Assembly (NCBI RefSeq): GCF_006345805.1 | Contig: NW_021832439.1 | Location: 53,813 to 117,812, forward strand | From: Octopus sinensis | Taxonomy: Eukaryota | DNA: 64,000 bases | Reading direction: 5' to 3' | Shown: in pieces, positions 26,250 through 40,345 of the stretch | Layout: each line of letters opens with the position of its first letter | How positions within the stretch are numbered: position 1 is the stretch's first letter | Notes under the pieces: generated by a model | Database searches by the model: none | Seen by the model: the letters and a program-made list of their open reading frames with translations, nothing else | What the model was told of the DNA's origin: nothing | Program-made: the position numbers and the translations under genes

Positions 26250-27600
26250 AGTTTTGGAAAATGTGCCCAGGGTGAGTAGTCGCTCTCTTTTCTCCCCTAC
26301 TAGCTATGCCACTGCATGTAGCATCTCAGTTCTAACACAAGCATCATGCAATCTGCCCCTCCCACTGAGGGAAAAAACCTTTGTTACCAGCTGTAGCAAT
26401 AGCTCCCTGAACTTTTTCCAGCCTGTTCTTACCCTGGCTACAACACTTTCAGAGCAGCCATCCTCCTTGCTAATTACATCTCCTATGTAACAAAAGGTGG
26501 AGGCGCAATGGCCCAGTGGTTAGGGCAGCGGACTTGCGGTCGGAGGATTGTGGTTTCGATTCCTAGACTGGGCGTTGTGTGTGTTTATTGAGCGAAAACA
26601 CCTAAAAGCTCCAAGAGGCTCCGGCAGTGGGTGAGTGGTGGCGACCCCTGTTGTACTTTTTCGCCACAACTTTCTCTCACTCTCTCTTCCTGTTTCTTGA
26701 GTAATGCTGCGATGGACTGGCGTCTCGTCCAGCTGGGGGGAACACATACGCCACGGAAACCGGGCCCATGAGCCTGGCTAGGCCTGAAAAGCGCGACATT
26801 TACGCTTATGTTATCTCCGTGCCGGTGGCACGTAAAAAGCACCATCCAATCGTGGCCGTTTGCCAGCCTCGCCTGGCACGTAAAAAGCACCCACTACACT
26901 CAAGGAGTGGTTGGCGTTAGGAAGGGCATCCAGCCGTAGAAACATTGCCAGATCAGACTGGGCCTGGTGCAGCCTTCTGGCTTCCCAGACCCCAGTTGCA
27001 CTGTCCAACCCATGCCAGCATGGAAAGAGGACGCTAAACGATGATGATGATGTAACAAAAGCTATTAACTACTTCTAGTGAGTCATCCAGGTATTTAAGA
27101 AAATCTACAGCACATGCTGCTCCTGTGCATCTGTCTCATATGAAGCTTACATTCTCTTTTAGTCTTCCAATGATTCCACAACCCCTATTGAGTGTTCATA
27201 GCTTATATTGGGTGCAACATATTGAGTTCATACCATCTCTTTTTCTACATATTGAGCAAGGCCATTTCTTTGAAGATATCAGGGTCAGTCTATTTTCTTT
27301 TTCTACTTACTAAAACCTTTATCTTTACTAAGTTTAACTAAAGACCTATAGATACTATGTTTAGCTTCTATGCCTGGAATCTCCTCTCTAATTTCCCTTT
27401 AGATTCAGCTTTGAGGATTTGGTAATCACCAAATAGGAGTTCTTATGGGTAACTGAGTCTTAAAATCTTGTGTATTGGCCAGTAGGACTTTGATAAATAA
27501 GCCTTGAGGAACTCCTGTCCTTGCACTAAATTCATTACTGAAATCATTGTTAATTAACATAACTTACTGCCTCTTTGTATATAACTTGTACAACCCCCAC
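26250..27600 (-). pseudogene. Old RTE LINE RT fragment interrupted by a SINE/RTE-tail composite
   Basis: Minus strand reads CYIGDVISKEDGCSESVVARVRTGWKKFRELL; the 26497-27049 insertion is flanked by ATGTAACAAAAG. Confidence 0.7.
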
Positions 27601-28224
27601 CAGCCCTTCATCTACACCTAGTTTCTTATTTCTTTATTGCCCACAAGGAGCTAAACATAGAGGGGACAAACAAGGACAGACAAACGGATTAAGTCGATTA
27701 CATCGACCCCCAGTGCGTAACTGGTACTTAATTTATCGACCCCCGAAAGGATGAAAGGCAAAGTCGACCTCGGCGGAATTAGAACTCAGAACATAACGGC
27801 AGACGAAATACCTATTTTTTTACTGCCCACAAGGGGCTAAACACAGAGAAGACAAACAAGGACAGTCAAATGGATTAAGTCGATTATATTGACCCTGGTG
27901 CATAACTGGTACTTATTTAATCGACCCTGAAAGGATGAAAGGCAAAGTCGACCTCGGTGGAATTTGAACTCAGAACGTAACGGCAGACGAAATACTGCTA
28001 AGCATTTCGCCTGGCGTGCTAACGTTTCTGCCAGCTTGCCACCTTTCCACACCTAGTTTCTTTTGTGATCACCAAATTACTGAATGTGGTACCCTGTTAA
28101 AGGCCTTCTCCAAGTCAAAGCACGTCAGGAATAGTTGTTTGCTCTAAAGTAAGTATCTCTACAACAGTTATATATATATACTATATTAAAGCTCTGAAGA
28201 AACAGTAGCAATATGGAACAGTAA

Positions 28225-28466
28225 CATATAGTTGCCAACCAAGTGTGGCATCCTATACAGGACAGTGCTACTGATGTTTATAGCCCCAAGAAGACATCTC
28301 TTCCAGCTGCCTAACAATACACATTCTGTGTCTGATTAGTATTTACAAATACTAATCAGATACAGAATGTGTTTCATTAGCCAGCTGGAAGAGATGTCTT
28401 CCTGGGGCTATAAACGTCAGTAGCATTGTTCTGTATAGGACGCCACACTTGGATGGCAATTATATG
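28225..28466. repeat. Near-perfect foldback hairpin, arms about 120 bp
   Basis: TATAGTTGCCAACCAAGTGTGGC...GATTAGTATTT AC AAATACTAATC...GCCACACTTGGATGGCAATTATA. Confidence 0.9.
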
Positions 28467-28667
28467 TATGTGTATATATCATCATCATCATCGTTTAATG
28501 TCCGTTTTCCATGCTAGCATGGGTTGGACGGTTCGACTGGGGTCTGGGAAGCCAGGAGGCTGTACCAGGCTCCAGTCTGATCTGGCAGTGTTTCTACAGC
28601 TGGTTGCCCTTCCTAATGTCAACCACTCCGTGAGTGTAGTGGGTGCTTTTTACGTGCCACCAGCACG

Positions 28668-28702
<35 letters not shown>

Positions 28703-29176
28703 CAAAAATGAGTTTAAGAGGTATATCGCCATAGTGGTTACTGTGTTTCCTCTTAATTCAGTTTTAGATGCCGGCTTACCACAATGGACCTTTTGTGATA
28801 TGTGAGTTAACAATAAGTTGCTAGGCTCTGGTGGATGGAAGCACTCCATTGGTTACGACGACGAGGGTTCCGGTTGATCCGAATCAACGGAACAGCCTGC
28901 TCGTGAAATTAACGTGTAAGTGGCTGAGCACTCCACAGATACATGTACCCTTAACGTAGTTCTCGGGGATATTCAGCGTGACACAGAGAGTGACAAGGCC
29001 GACCCTTTGAAATACAGGTACAACAGAAACAGGAAGTAAGAGTGAGAGAAAGTTGTGGTGAAAGAGTACAGCAGGGATCACCACCATCCCTGCCGGAGCC
29101 TCGTGGAGCTTTTAGGTGTTTTTGCTCAATAAACACTCACAACGCCCGGTCTGGGAATCGAAACCGCGTATATATA

Positions 29177-29207
<31 letters not shown>

Positions 29208-29224
29208 CGTGTGTGTGTGTGTGT

Positions 29225-29612
29225 ATAAAGCAGTGGTATGTTGTCAACTTAATGTGACAGTCCCATGAAAGGGAATAATACTGCTGCTATTTAGCCCTTG
29301 GAAGCAGCAATGCTTCCTGTCGGCCTTGACATATTTCCTGTGTCCTTATGTCTACAAAGGAAGGGATAAGCACCTCCACCAAGCAAAGCTAGCTACCAGC
29401 GACTAGTTTCTGAGTCATTGCTCATCATCAGTCTGGAGTAGTATGGGTTGCTAGCTGTCGATGCCTGCCTGCCTCTGTAAACATAAGGACAGAGGAAATG
29501 TGTCAAGGCCGACAGGAAGCGTTGCTTCCTAGGGCTAAACAGCTGTAGTATTATTCCCTTTCATGGGACTGTCACATAAAGTTATTAAGTAGACAACATA
29601 CCACCACTTTAT
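29225..29612. mobile_element. Foldback element, arms about 135 bp, with a central hammerhead
   Basis: Arms contain GTGACAGTCCCATGAAAGGGAATAATACT and its reverse complement. Confidence 0.8.
29393..29441 (-). ncRNA. Type I hammerhead ribozyme motif
   Basis: Minus strand CCAGA-CTGATGA-TGAG-CAATGA-CTCA-GAAAC-TA-GTC-GCTGG; one mismatch at the base of stem I. Confidence 0.7.
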
Positions 29613-30999
29613 CTTGTCACTACTGTATGAATCCCTCTGAGAGATTTAGAAATGTATGATTTATATTTATATAAATAATACATGCGGTGGTGCCCCAGCA
29701 TGGCCGCAGCCTCCGGGCTGAAACATTTTTAAGTATTTATATATATATATATAAATATATATATAGTTTCTACGGCATCCAGCTGTAGAAACTCTGCCAG
29801 ATCAGACTGGAGCCTGGTGCAGCCCCTGGCTTCCCAGACCCCGGTCGAACTGTCCAACCCGTGCTGGCGCGGAAAACGGACGTTAAACGATGATGATGAT
29901 GATGATGATGATGATGATATATATATATATATATAATTCCTGATCTTTCTCTCTCCAACTGGGTAACCTTGTAATTCCTCTACAGCAACCCTAACCTTAA
30001 CCCTCCCCCATTGCCTAAGTACTTGGTGACCGTGTTAGTGCAGGTGCCACATGAAAAGCACTAAGTCCATTCTGCTGAGTGGTTGGTGTTAGGACGGAAG
30101 AAATACTGTGAGGAATTCAGTACAGTGTTCTAATGACTCAGCCATCATTATTTTGATGCCTACTTTTCCAACCTCGCATGTGTCAGATGTAATTCGTTGA
30201 AGCAGATTTTCTACAGCTGGGTGCCCTTCCTGTCACCAACTCTCTCTCTTGTTTCCAAGAAAATTAATACATCTCCATGACCAGACATTTTCACAGATAA
30301 TAGGAAATGAAGGACACCTCTTGTATGGAGGTGATGCTCTTTTACAACTATCGTGTAATGTCAGCACAAAGAGACACTAACATGCACACTTATATATATA
30401 AATACACATATGTATGTATGTATGTATGTATGTATGTGTGTGTATGTGTGTGTGTGAATGCAGTCTACAAGAAAGATGCGTTGCGTGATTCTAAAAGTTT
30501 CACAGAAGTTAAATCAGGTTAAAAGTGTAATTCTTCGTTGTGAGGATCCGACATATTTCCTTTGGCGGGTTATAAAAACTCGAATTCGTTATAGAGCGAG
30601 AACAGAAATACTTTATTATATTACAATCAATGTATTCTTCATCTCTTTATGGTGTCCTACATAATTTAGCTACATTCATTTCATGTATGTGTAAACCTAT
30701 ATCCATAGATGTATACACACACATCGATATATATAGGAACAAACAATGGAGTCACTTTGCAGGCAACATCCTGTTGTAAAAAGAAAATAGCAGCGAAATC
30801 ATTTACTTTAAATTCTGTAGTGTCCATTTTTTAAAACACGGGAAGGACACTTTGGATAATGTGGTCCTTGATAATTTTGGGGGAAAAAAAGCAAAGGGCA
30901 TGATGAAAAAAACAAATAATGCCGTATGAAACAAGCCTGTCTGCTTGAAAAGAAAAGGCGGGCTTGTCACATTTGCTTTTGGTGTCTGCCTCTTATATG

Positions 31000-31573
31000 A
31001 AGATTGTTGCTTTATATATTCTACTTGTTGCTAAGTTTAACTGCCGCATATGCCTTTAGGTAAAACAATGAACAATCAGAGCTCAAATGAATTCGCAAGC
31101 AACGTATTTTATTTTTATTAAATTGAAAAACAAGCAGTCATGATGTCTCTTGTTAGCAAGAATGTCGGTCGTTTGATAAGTAAAATCTTGTTGTAGCAGA
31201 AATGACACGAATACTTGCTCGGTAACACAGTTTTCTATTAGAAGGTAAAACACGACGGTGACCTAGAAAATATATCGAAATGTATTTTCATCTTTCGTCA
31301 CTTCCAAGTAATATCAAATCTGATTTAAAACTATAAGAATCAAAATGTCAAGTTAAGGATCTTTAACTTGGATTCTTTGAAGCAAATTGTATTATATTAC
31401 TATATAAAAATATGGTAGTATTTCGTTTGATTTCAGCAAATGATTTTATTACGAATGAATATTGAAGAGAAACAGACTGTTACATAATCGAACAGGGAGA
31501 GTTACCAAATAGTTAAAGCTATAAAGGAATCGATAAAACCATTTTCCTTTTAACAGAGACGAACACAAAATGT

Positions 31574-31610
<37 letters not shown>

Positions 31611-31635
31611 ACTATCTTTGTCTCTCTATCCATCC

Positions 31636-31713
<78 letters not shown>

Positions 31714-33329
31714 ATATATATATATAAATATATCTTTATTTATATATAACAATTGCAGCGTGGAAGGTGTTTATAAGCCATTTAAGAAAACACACAAAAA
31801 CCGTTAGATTCACTTCAACATTTAAATTTAATTTGCCAAAATATTTTCGTCACTTTGAGACCGCGACCTGTTCACTGACAAAATTCCGTGCTTCATCTCA
31901 TATAGATATCATATATAAATATGAATCATATATAAATATGATATCTAAGGTACACACACGTGTATATGTAATGGGTGGGAATATGTTAAAAGGTGTGAGC
32001 AATATAAAGACCGGATTAGTGTTCAAACTAGATAGAATATGTAAAACCCAACGTCCTAACTATGGGGGCCGTAATTCAGCTGAACAAAAGCTGGTCATAG
32101 GAAACGCATCGGTGAAGCTAACGAAAATAAGCGCTTCTAAGTTACAAAAATAGAAATGTAATTAAACGGAAATGAGGCTTATAGTCCATGGTAATCATTT
32201 ACAAATTCAAATTTGATTTAGTGAATTTGATGAAGAATATTTAATTCTTCAGATATTTGAGCGGAATTAAGTCTTCCTACACAAGTGTGCCCTTTCCGGA
32301 TTTGTTTCCTCATAACTTTCGGAAAAACTGATGCTTTTTAATGAAAATGTACATCGTGTACATTATGGTTATATCGAAATTTTATTGAAAAAAAAAAAGA
32401 AAAAGAAGAAATGGTGCGCACATGTACGTACTGAAAGACATCACATAATATCGACATTATGAAACTTCAGGAAAAATTATGTGATGTGTGCCAATAATTT
32501 ATATGTGCGCCCCCAACAATTTCCCCCTTCCTCATTGAATTCGGATATAAGCATCTTTTGAAGCACATTTGTAGAAAATTTCATTAAAAAATATCCATTT
32601 TTCTGAAAGTTATAAGAAGACAAAGCCTGGGGCAGAAGGGGTTGTGGAAGTATGTCAGGAATTGTCTAGAACTGTATCTAAAATTAACCGGTCATCTAAC
32701 AATGGAAATGTTTTCTCCTATAAGACTGGCTATTTATATGATCACCCCTTCTCTCTTTCTCTCTGAACGAATATCGGAACTTGATAGCTTAGGAACTAAA
32801 CAGCAGCTACAAAACGGTGAAGGAATTTCTTCTGAAGAAAATCAATCACCAACATGATCGTCAGAAAAAACGAATTGTTAAGGACAGGATTGAACCCTAG
32901 GCAACTAGATCCACCTTACTTCAAGGTAAAGGATCGCAAAACCGACTTAATCGTCAAACCTTCGATCAGATGTATTTGCCTCAGTAAATCCGACCTCAAT
33001 CAAATTGATAATAAAAAAAATTTATTATAGATGGGATTATCCTAATTGTTAGGAATAAATTCAAGATAATTTTCTTCATTTTTTTATATGTATTTTAGTT
33101 TATGTAACCTAAGGGTATTAATCTATTTGTGAAGAACTACCATAGAGAATTGTACTTATTTCTACTTAGCTATATTTATATTTGTGTAACTTATTTAGTA
33201 TCTATAAATGCTTAGTTGGCATTAAAAAAACTCCCTGTCCATTTTTATTATATCTATCTACCTATATCTATCTATCTACCTATCTATCTATACCTATCTA
33301 TCTACCTACCTATCTATCTACCTACCTAC

Positions 33330-33388
<59 letters not shown>

Positions 33389-34471
33389 GCTATCTATCTA
33401 CCTACCTACCTACCTGTCTGTCTGTCTATCTACCTTATCTACCTACCTACCTGTCTGTCTATCTATCTATCTATCCATCTATCTATCTATCTTCATATCT
33501 TCATTTAATGTTCATGTCCCATGCAACATGGGCTGGACAGAATATAATACAATATAGTAAAATATATCTTAATACATATTATAATATAATACACTTCTTG
33601 TCCCAAACAGAGAGACGCGGCATTTAATGACTGGAATTTATGTGGAAATGTCATCATGTTTATTTCATTAAAGCAGACGTTAAAAAGTTGACATTAAAAC
33701 AGCATCAAATCGTTGAAAAATGTCTAAATATTTTACAATATAATTTTCCTGGGATCTTTTCCTGAAATACATTTATCAAATGATAAGCACAAAATCATAT
33801 TCATGTTGACATTGTGTCGTTTATTTTAGAATTTACTGCAGCAATTTTGGCGCCTTTCCATGTTCCATGATTTTGTTGTTTAACCTTAATCAAGCGCTCC
33901 AGCCTTGCCCATCCTGGTTTTATTTTTCCCATACCACATTATCAAATATGTCCTTCCTCTGAAGGCACTAATATGTAATTTAACACAGATTTAGCAGCTA
34001 TTTTTAGCATGTCAATAGACCAATTGAGAATATTTACCTCGATCTATTTAATGCTACGTAATATAAATAAATCATGGTGCTTTGGGTTTGCTTTTCATGA
34101 ATTTACTTTATTCTGACACAAATTTATGACAGAAAATCCTGTCAACACCAAGCCCCAGTCATTAATAATGTCCACTAAATTAAGATATTAACAGAAACTT
34201 GATACAGGTTGGAGAAATTGCAAGATGAAAGGAATGTATTAAATATTTTAAAGAAAATATTTCCAGAAAAAAAAATTCCGCCATTTCAAGGGAGACAATT
34301 TTTAGCGTCCAATTTTTAGTGTTAAGAAAATGTCCCCCTTGGTCCGTTTTAATAAAAACCTGAGGAGAATCCACTTGTTTATTAATCAGTAGAATTTTAA
34401 TTGGATTATCTTTGTTCTAGCTTCATAATGGAATTATTTATTATTATTATTTTCCCTTTCCAAAAATATTT
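31000..34471. repeat. Right arm of the inverted duplication, with about 2 kb of unshared sequence at 31550-33575
   Basis: Reverse complement of 20444-22215 in two blocks. Confidence 0.85.
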
Positions 34472-34502
34472 CCTTCAAATATATATTAAATCTGTGTGTG
34501 TG

Positions 34503-34585
<83 letters not shown>

Positions 34586-35511
34586 CCCCATGAATAAATA
34601 CTCTGTCGTCATCTCCCACCTATTTGCAAGTAAGGTAATATTTCAGATATATGAAGGATACCCCTCTTGTACAACAGTGGTACTCATTTACAATTATTAC
34701 GTATGTAAATAGGTGCAGGAGTGGCTGTGTGGTAAGTAGCTTGCTTCCCAACCACATGGTTCCGGGTTCAGCCCCACTGCATGTCACCTTGGGCAAGTGT
34801 CTTCTACAAGAGCCTTGGGCCGACCAAAGCCTTGTGAGTGGATTTGGTAGACGGAAACTGAAAGAAGCCTGTCGTTTTGTGTGTCTGTGTTTGTCTCTGC
34901 CACCATCGCTTGACAAATGATTGTTGGTGTGTTTATATTCCTGTAACCTTGCAGTTTGGCAAAAAGAGTGACCGATAGAATAAGTACTAGGCTTACAAAG
35001 AATAAGTCCTGGGGTCGATTTGCTCGACTAAAGGTGGTGCTCAAGCATGGCCACAGTCAAATGACTGAAGCAAGTAAAAGAGTAAAAAGAGTAAGAGTAG
35101 GCGCTGGAGTGGCTGTGTGGTAAGTAGCTTGCTAACCAACCACATGGTTCCGGGTTCAGTCCCACTGCGCGGCATCTTGGGCAAGTGTCTTCTGCTATAG
35201 CCCCGGGCCGACCAAAGCCTTGTGAGTGGATTTGGTAGACGGAAACTGAAAGAAGCCTGTCGTATATATGTATATGTATGTGTGTGTTTGTGTGTCTGTG
35301 TTTGTCTCCCTAGCATTGCTTGACAACCGATGCTGGTGTGTTTATGTCCCCGTAACTTAGCGGTTTGGCAAAAGAGAACCGATAGAATAAGTACTGGGCT
35401 TACAAAGAATAAGTCCTGGGGGGGTCGATTTGCTCGACTAAAAGGCGGTGCTCCAACATGGCCACAGTCAAATGACTGAAACAAGTAAAAGAGTAAAAAG
35501 AGTAAGAGTAA

Positions 35512-36008
<497 letters not shown>

Positions 36009-38009
36009 AGGCTACGTGGCTGAGGTCCTTTTTGAGTGTTGGGCCTCTCAGAGGCAATGACTGGGACCTTTGGCATTATGTCCTGGTTGAGAAGAAGACC
36101 CATCAAACTGAGCAAAATTGCAGTTGTGGCAGATTACAGTGTCACGCAAATGGCACTTGTGTTGGTGGCACGTAAAAGCACCCATTAAACTCTTGGAGTG
36201 GTTGGCATTAGGAAGGGCATCCGGCCGTAGAAACTATGCCAAATCAGATTGGAGAGCCTGGTGCAGCTTTCCAGCTTGCCAGCCCTGGTCAAATCATCCA
36301 ACCCGTGTCAGGATAGACAACAGATGGTAAATGATGATGATGATGAAATATATTCTTTCATTGTGTTTCAGTCATTTGACTGTGGCCATCCTGGGGCACT
36401 GCCTTTAGTCAAACAAATTGACCCCAGGACTTATTCTTTGTAAGCTCAGTACTTTTTCTATCAGTCTCTTTTGCCGAACCGGGCTGGATGCCCTTCCTAA
36501 TGTTATTTCCCAGTTGGCATGTTATGGCTTTCAAGCCATTTTGGGTCTTCTTGTTTCAGTCTTATATAGAAGCTGGCTTTGTCGACTGCCCCTTATATCT
36601 TCCTTATTACTTTTCTCAGCTCTGAACTAAAAAATGCAAACCTTCTTTTAAATAACATCACCATTTTATTTCTTTGGGTTTTTTTAAAAATTATATTTTG
36701 AGTTGAAATTGAACAAATGTTGATTTTGTCTTTCATCCTTTTAGGGTTAATAAAATAAATACCAGCTGAACACTGGGGTTGATGTGACTGATTTACCTCT
36801 CCCACCACCACTTCCCCCACAATTGCTGGTGTTAGGAAGGGCACCTAGCCATAGAAACCATGCCAAATCAGACTGGAACCTGGCGCAGCTCTCCGGCTTA
36901 TCAGCTCCGAACAAACTGTCTAACCCATACCTGCGTAGACAACAGATGTTAAATGATGACGATGATGATGATCGTTTCTACTATAGGCACAAAGCCTGAA
37001 ATTTTGGGGGAGGTGGGGTGGGAGCTAGTTGATTACATTGACCCCAGTATGTAACTGGTACTTACTTCATTTTCATAAGGCAGTGAGCTGACAGAATCGT
37101 TAGCACACTGGGTGAAATGCTTAGCGGTATTTCATCTGCTATTACATTCCGAGTTCAAATTCCGCCGAGGTCGACTTTGTCTTTCATCCTTTCAGGGTCG
37201 ATAAATTAAGTACCAGTTACGCACTGGGGTCGATGTAATCGATTTAATCCGTTTGTCTGTCCTTGTTTGTCCTCTCTGTGTTTAGCCCCTTGTGGGTAGT
37301 AAAGAAATACTTATTTCATTGACCTTGATAAAATGAAAGGCAAAGTCAACCTTGGTGGAATTTGAACTCAGAACGTAGTGGCAAACAAAATGCCTGGCAT
37401 GCTAACGATTTTGCCAGCTTGCCACCCTGATGATGATGATGATAATAATGATGATATTAAGCATAGTATATTAAGTTTTTGCCCAATACACTATTTTAAT
37501 TTTTTCCTTTCTGGGATTGAAGGAAGAGGTGGTACTCATGGCATTTGCAGGTCCCTCATATTTCTCTAATTTTCACCAAGAAAGTGTCACCTACACAACT
37601 TCGACACCATGCACCAAATCTGCATAGATTTCATGAATAGAAATTTTGAAACCTTGAAAGAATTTGCTAATATAGACAAACCAATCTTATCTCTTTCATC
37701 TGAATAGAAAAAGAAAGAAAACCTACTATTGATATGAAGGAAACATCATCTCATCTCATCTCAACTCTGTAAATCCTTTAGCATTTAAACCTGTCATATC
37801 CAGCCAAAATATTCTACCTGTTTGATGTTGAAACTGACTTGGTCAGGTCTCTCACACTCACCCAACAATGTCATTATAATAATACATGATCATGTCTTCG
37901 AAATGTCATAACTATAACAAAGATGGTTAACAAGGAAAATATTGAAATGGATATTTAACTTGAGATGAAATGAACTGATAAGCAACGATTTATTCTCTGT
38001 TATGAAATA

Positions 38010-38575
38010 TTGGCTTGTCCAGAAAGTTCATGCCGATTTATAGTAGCTTACCTTTCGACTTATTTTAGAATGTGCTTGAGTCCATAAAATAGTATTTGAC
38101 TACACTTCCATTTAGAGCACAGTTTAAGCTATCTTTTCATGGAAGAAGGTTTATGTTGCTATAACTTGTGTTAATTCTGTAACCCTTTAAAATGGAAGAT
38201 AAGACAGTTCATTTTCGGCACTTGATGCTTTGGGAACCAAACAAAAATTGCTGCAGCTCGGCTGGGATGTGTTACTCCACCCTCCATATTCACCAGATAT
38301 TGCTCCTTCAGATTTCCACTCATTCAGGTCTCTGCAGAACAGTCTTAATGCTAAAAATTTTAATTCCTTGGATGAAGTAAAAAGATACCTTAATGAATTC
38401 TTTGCTATGAAACTACCTCAATTCTGAGAAGAGGGTATTTTCAAGTTAAAGGAAAGATGGAGACGCATTGTGCAACAAAGTGGTTCATATTTGGTTGATT
38501 AAAAATGTAATGGCAAGTATTTATTGACCTTTTTCTTTCCTTTAAAAATCGGCACAAACTTTCCGGACAACCCAA
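38010..38575 (+). mobile_element. Internally deleted mariner (mellifera-like)
   Basis: TA TSDs; TIRs TTGGCTTGTCCAGAAAGTTCATGCCGATTT / AAATCGGCACAAACTTTCCGGACAACCCAA; LGWDVLLHPPYSPDIAPSDFHSFRSLQN motif. A 5' end of the same family lies at about 59255-59456 on minus. Confidence 0.92.
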
Positions 38576-39074
38576 TACAATGATTGCCATACATGAAATA
38601 AGATAACATAACAGGTTACAACAAAGATGTGTGAGAGACTTCGTGGTTAGGCTGGAGTGATCTGGTCGACAAAGCTGACGTACTGTTGGGGGTGTGTAGA
38701 GGCAGCCGTTGGTCAGTTGGTCGTGTGATGTTTATACGGCAAAGATGTAGACAGGTGTCTGGTGGAGAAGATGAAAGTGGAGAGTGTTGCTTGAGATGAG
38801 TTGTGTGTGGTCAGCAGCACGTTCCAAAGACCTAGAACAATCGATAACTGCCAATCTTATAGAGAATAGTAGGCCCCCAGATGCTGGTGATTAATTTATT
38901 GTGTAAGGAAAAATTAAACTGTGGTACCAACACAATTGGACAGCTGGAAGCCGAAGAATACAAACAACAGGAACGAAAAGTCCTTGTGGGGCCGATATTG
39001 GGGTATTTAAGCCTAGATGAGTCAAAATGAAAACATCTCACACAATGACACTGTAAATCACTTCTGCTACAAAG

Positions 39075-39772
39075 CTAACCCTTTCGTTACTGAATTTAAT
39101 TTGAGATGCTCTGTGTTTCTCTCAGTTATTTTAAATATAACAAAGAATTTAGTAAAATAACTTAGTTACCATTCAGCTAGTGTTGGGAACATAAATTGTT
39201 AATAAGGTTTGGTGGAAGATTTTAATTCAAAACTTTTGAAAATAAGACATTTGTACTACAGAGCCAGAAGTGGTTTCAGCCAGGTTGGTATCAAAAGGGT
39301 TAAGAATTGTTTCTCTATTATATATTTTAACCCTTTCATTACTGTATTTATTTTGAGATGCTCTGTGTTTCTTTCAATTAACTTTAAATATAACAAAGTA
39401 TTTAGTAAAATAACTTAGTTATCATTAAGTTGGTGTTAGAAACATAAATTGTGACAAAGGTTTGGTGGAAGATTTTAATTCAAAACTTATGAAAATAAAA
39501 CATCTATACTACAGAGCCAGAAGTGGTTTCAGCCGGGTTGGTAACGAAAGGGTTAAGAATTGTTTCTCTATTATATATTTTAACCCCTTCGTTACCGTAT
39601 TTCTGTTGAGATGCTCTGTGTTTCTTTCAATTAATTTTAAATATAACAAAGAATTTTGTAAAATAACTTCGTTATCGTTAAGCTAATGTTAGGAACAGTA
39701 ATTGTAACTAAGGTTTGGTGGAAGAATTTAATTCAAAACTTATGAAAACAAGACATTTGTATTACAGAATCA
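39075..39772 (-). mobile_element. Second piggyBac-like MITE tandem array, inverted relative to 24552-25504
   Basis: Same unit, nearly the same spacer (GAATTGTTTCTCTATTATATATT) and the same 253-bp period. Confidence 0.8.
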
Positions 39773-39924
39773 GCTATCCAAAGCCTCAGATAGATAGCCG
39801 GAGATATAGAGTTGAAATTAAAAGAAGAGTGCCATTGTCATCTTGTGAACGATATTTCGACACCTATATTATTATTATTATTGAGTGAGAGAGCAGTGCC
39901 TGCCATCATTATAGATCAGGAAAA

Positions 39925-40345
39925 GGATCTTTTCGGTTTGAACGGCAGTTTTTAAAAATAATTTCCACGTAACTAAACACTTTTAAACTTCGTATACTGG
40001 TAGAATGTGTTTATAAAACATCTTTTTCTCTTGGCTTTATTGAGAAAATTCTATGGTTTGTAAGATATTTGTTGTTTTTTTCTTCTTCAATTTCTGCAAT
40101 TTCAACCAATCAATGACGTCTATTGAGGTAAAAACACATTCTGTGCCGTATGAATATGTCCCTCGTTTATGAAACAGATTGGGTTTATTTACATTTCTGA
40201 AGAAAAAAAGACACCCTTCCCCCCACCCCTAACCCTAACCCTAAAACAGATTGAAATGCAATAGATCGATACTAGGGTCATAATTATGGGTGACAATTTC
40301 ATATGACACTGCTAGGAAAAACTGCCGTTCAAACCAAAAAGATCC
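39925..40345. mobile_element. GGATC-terminal MITE with 8-bp TSD (Merlin- or MULE-like)
   Basis: TIR GGATCTTTTCGGTTTGAACGGCAGTTTTT, TSD CAGGAAAA, internal (CCCTAA)3; other copies at 41209-41631, 20014-20238 and 19447-19510. Confidence 0.85.

Noticed and set aside
26497-26575. SINE heads as tRNA genes
   Set aside because: They have A/B boxes but no closed acceptor stem and continue into SINE bodies.
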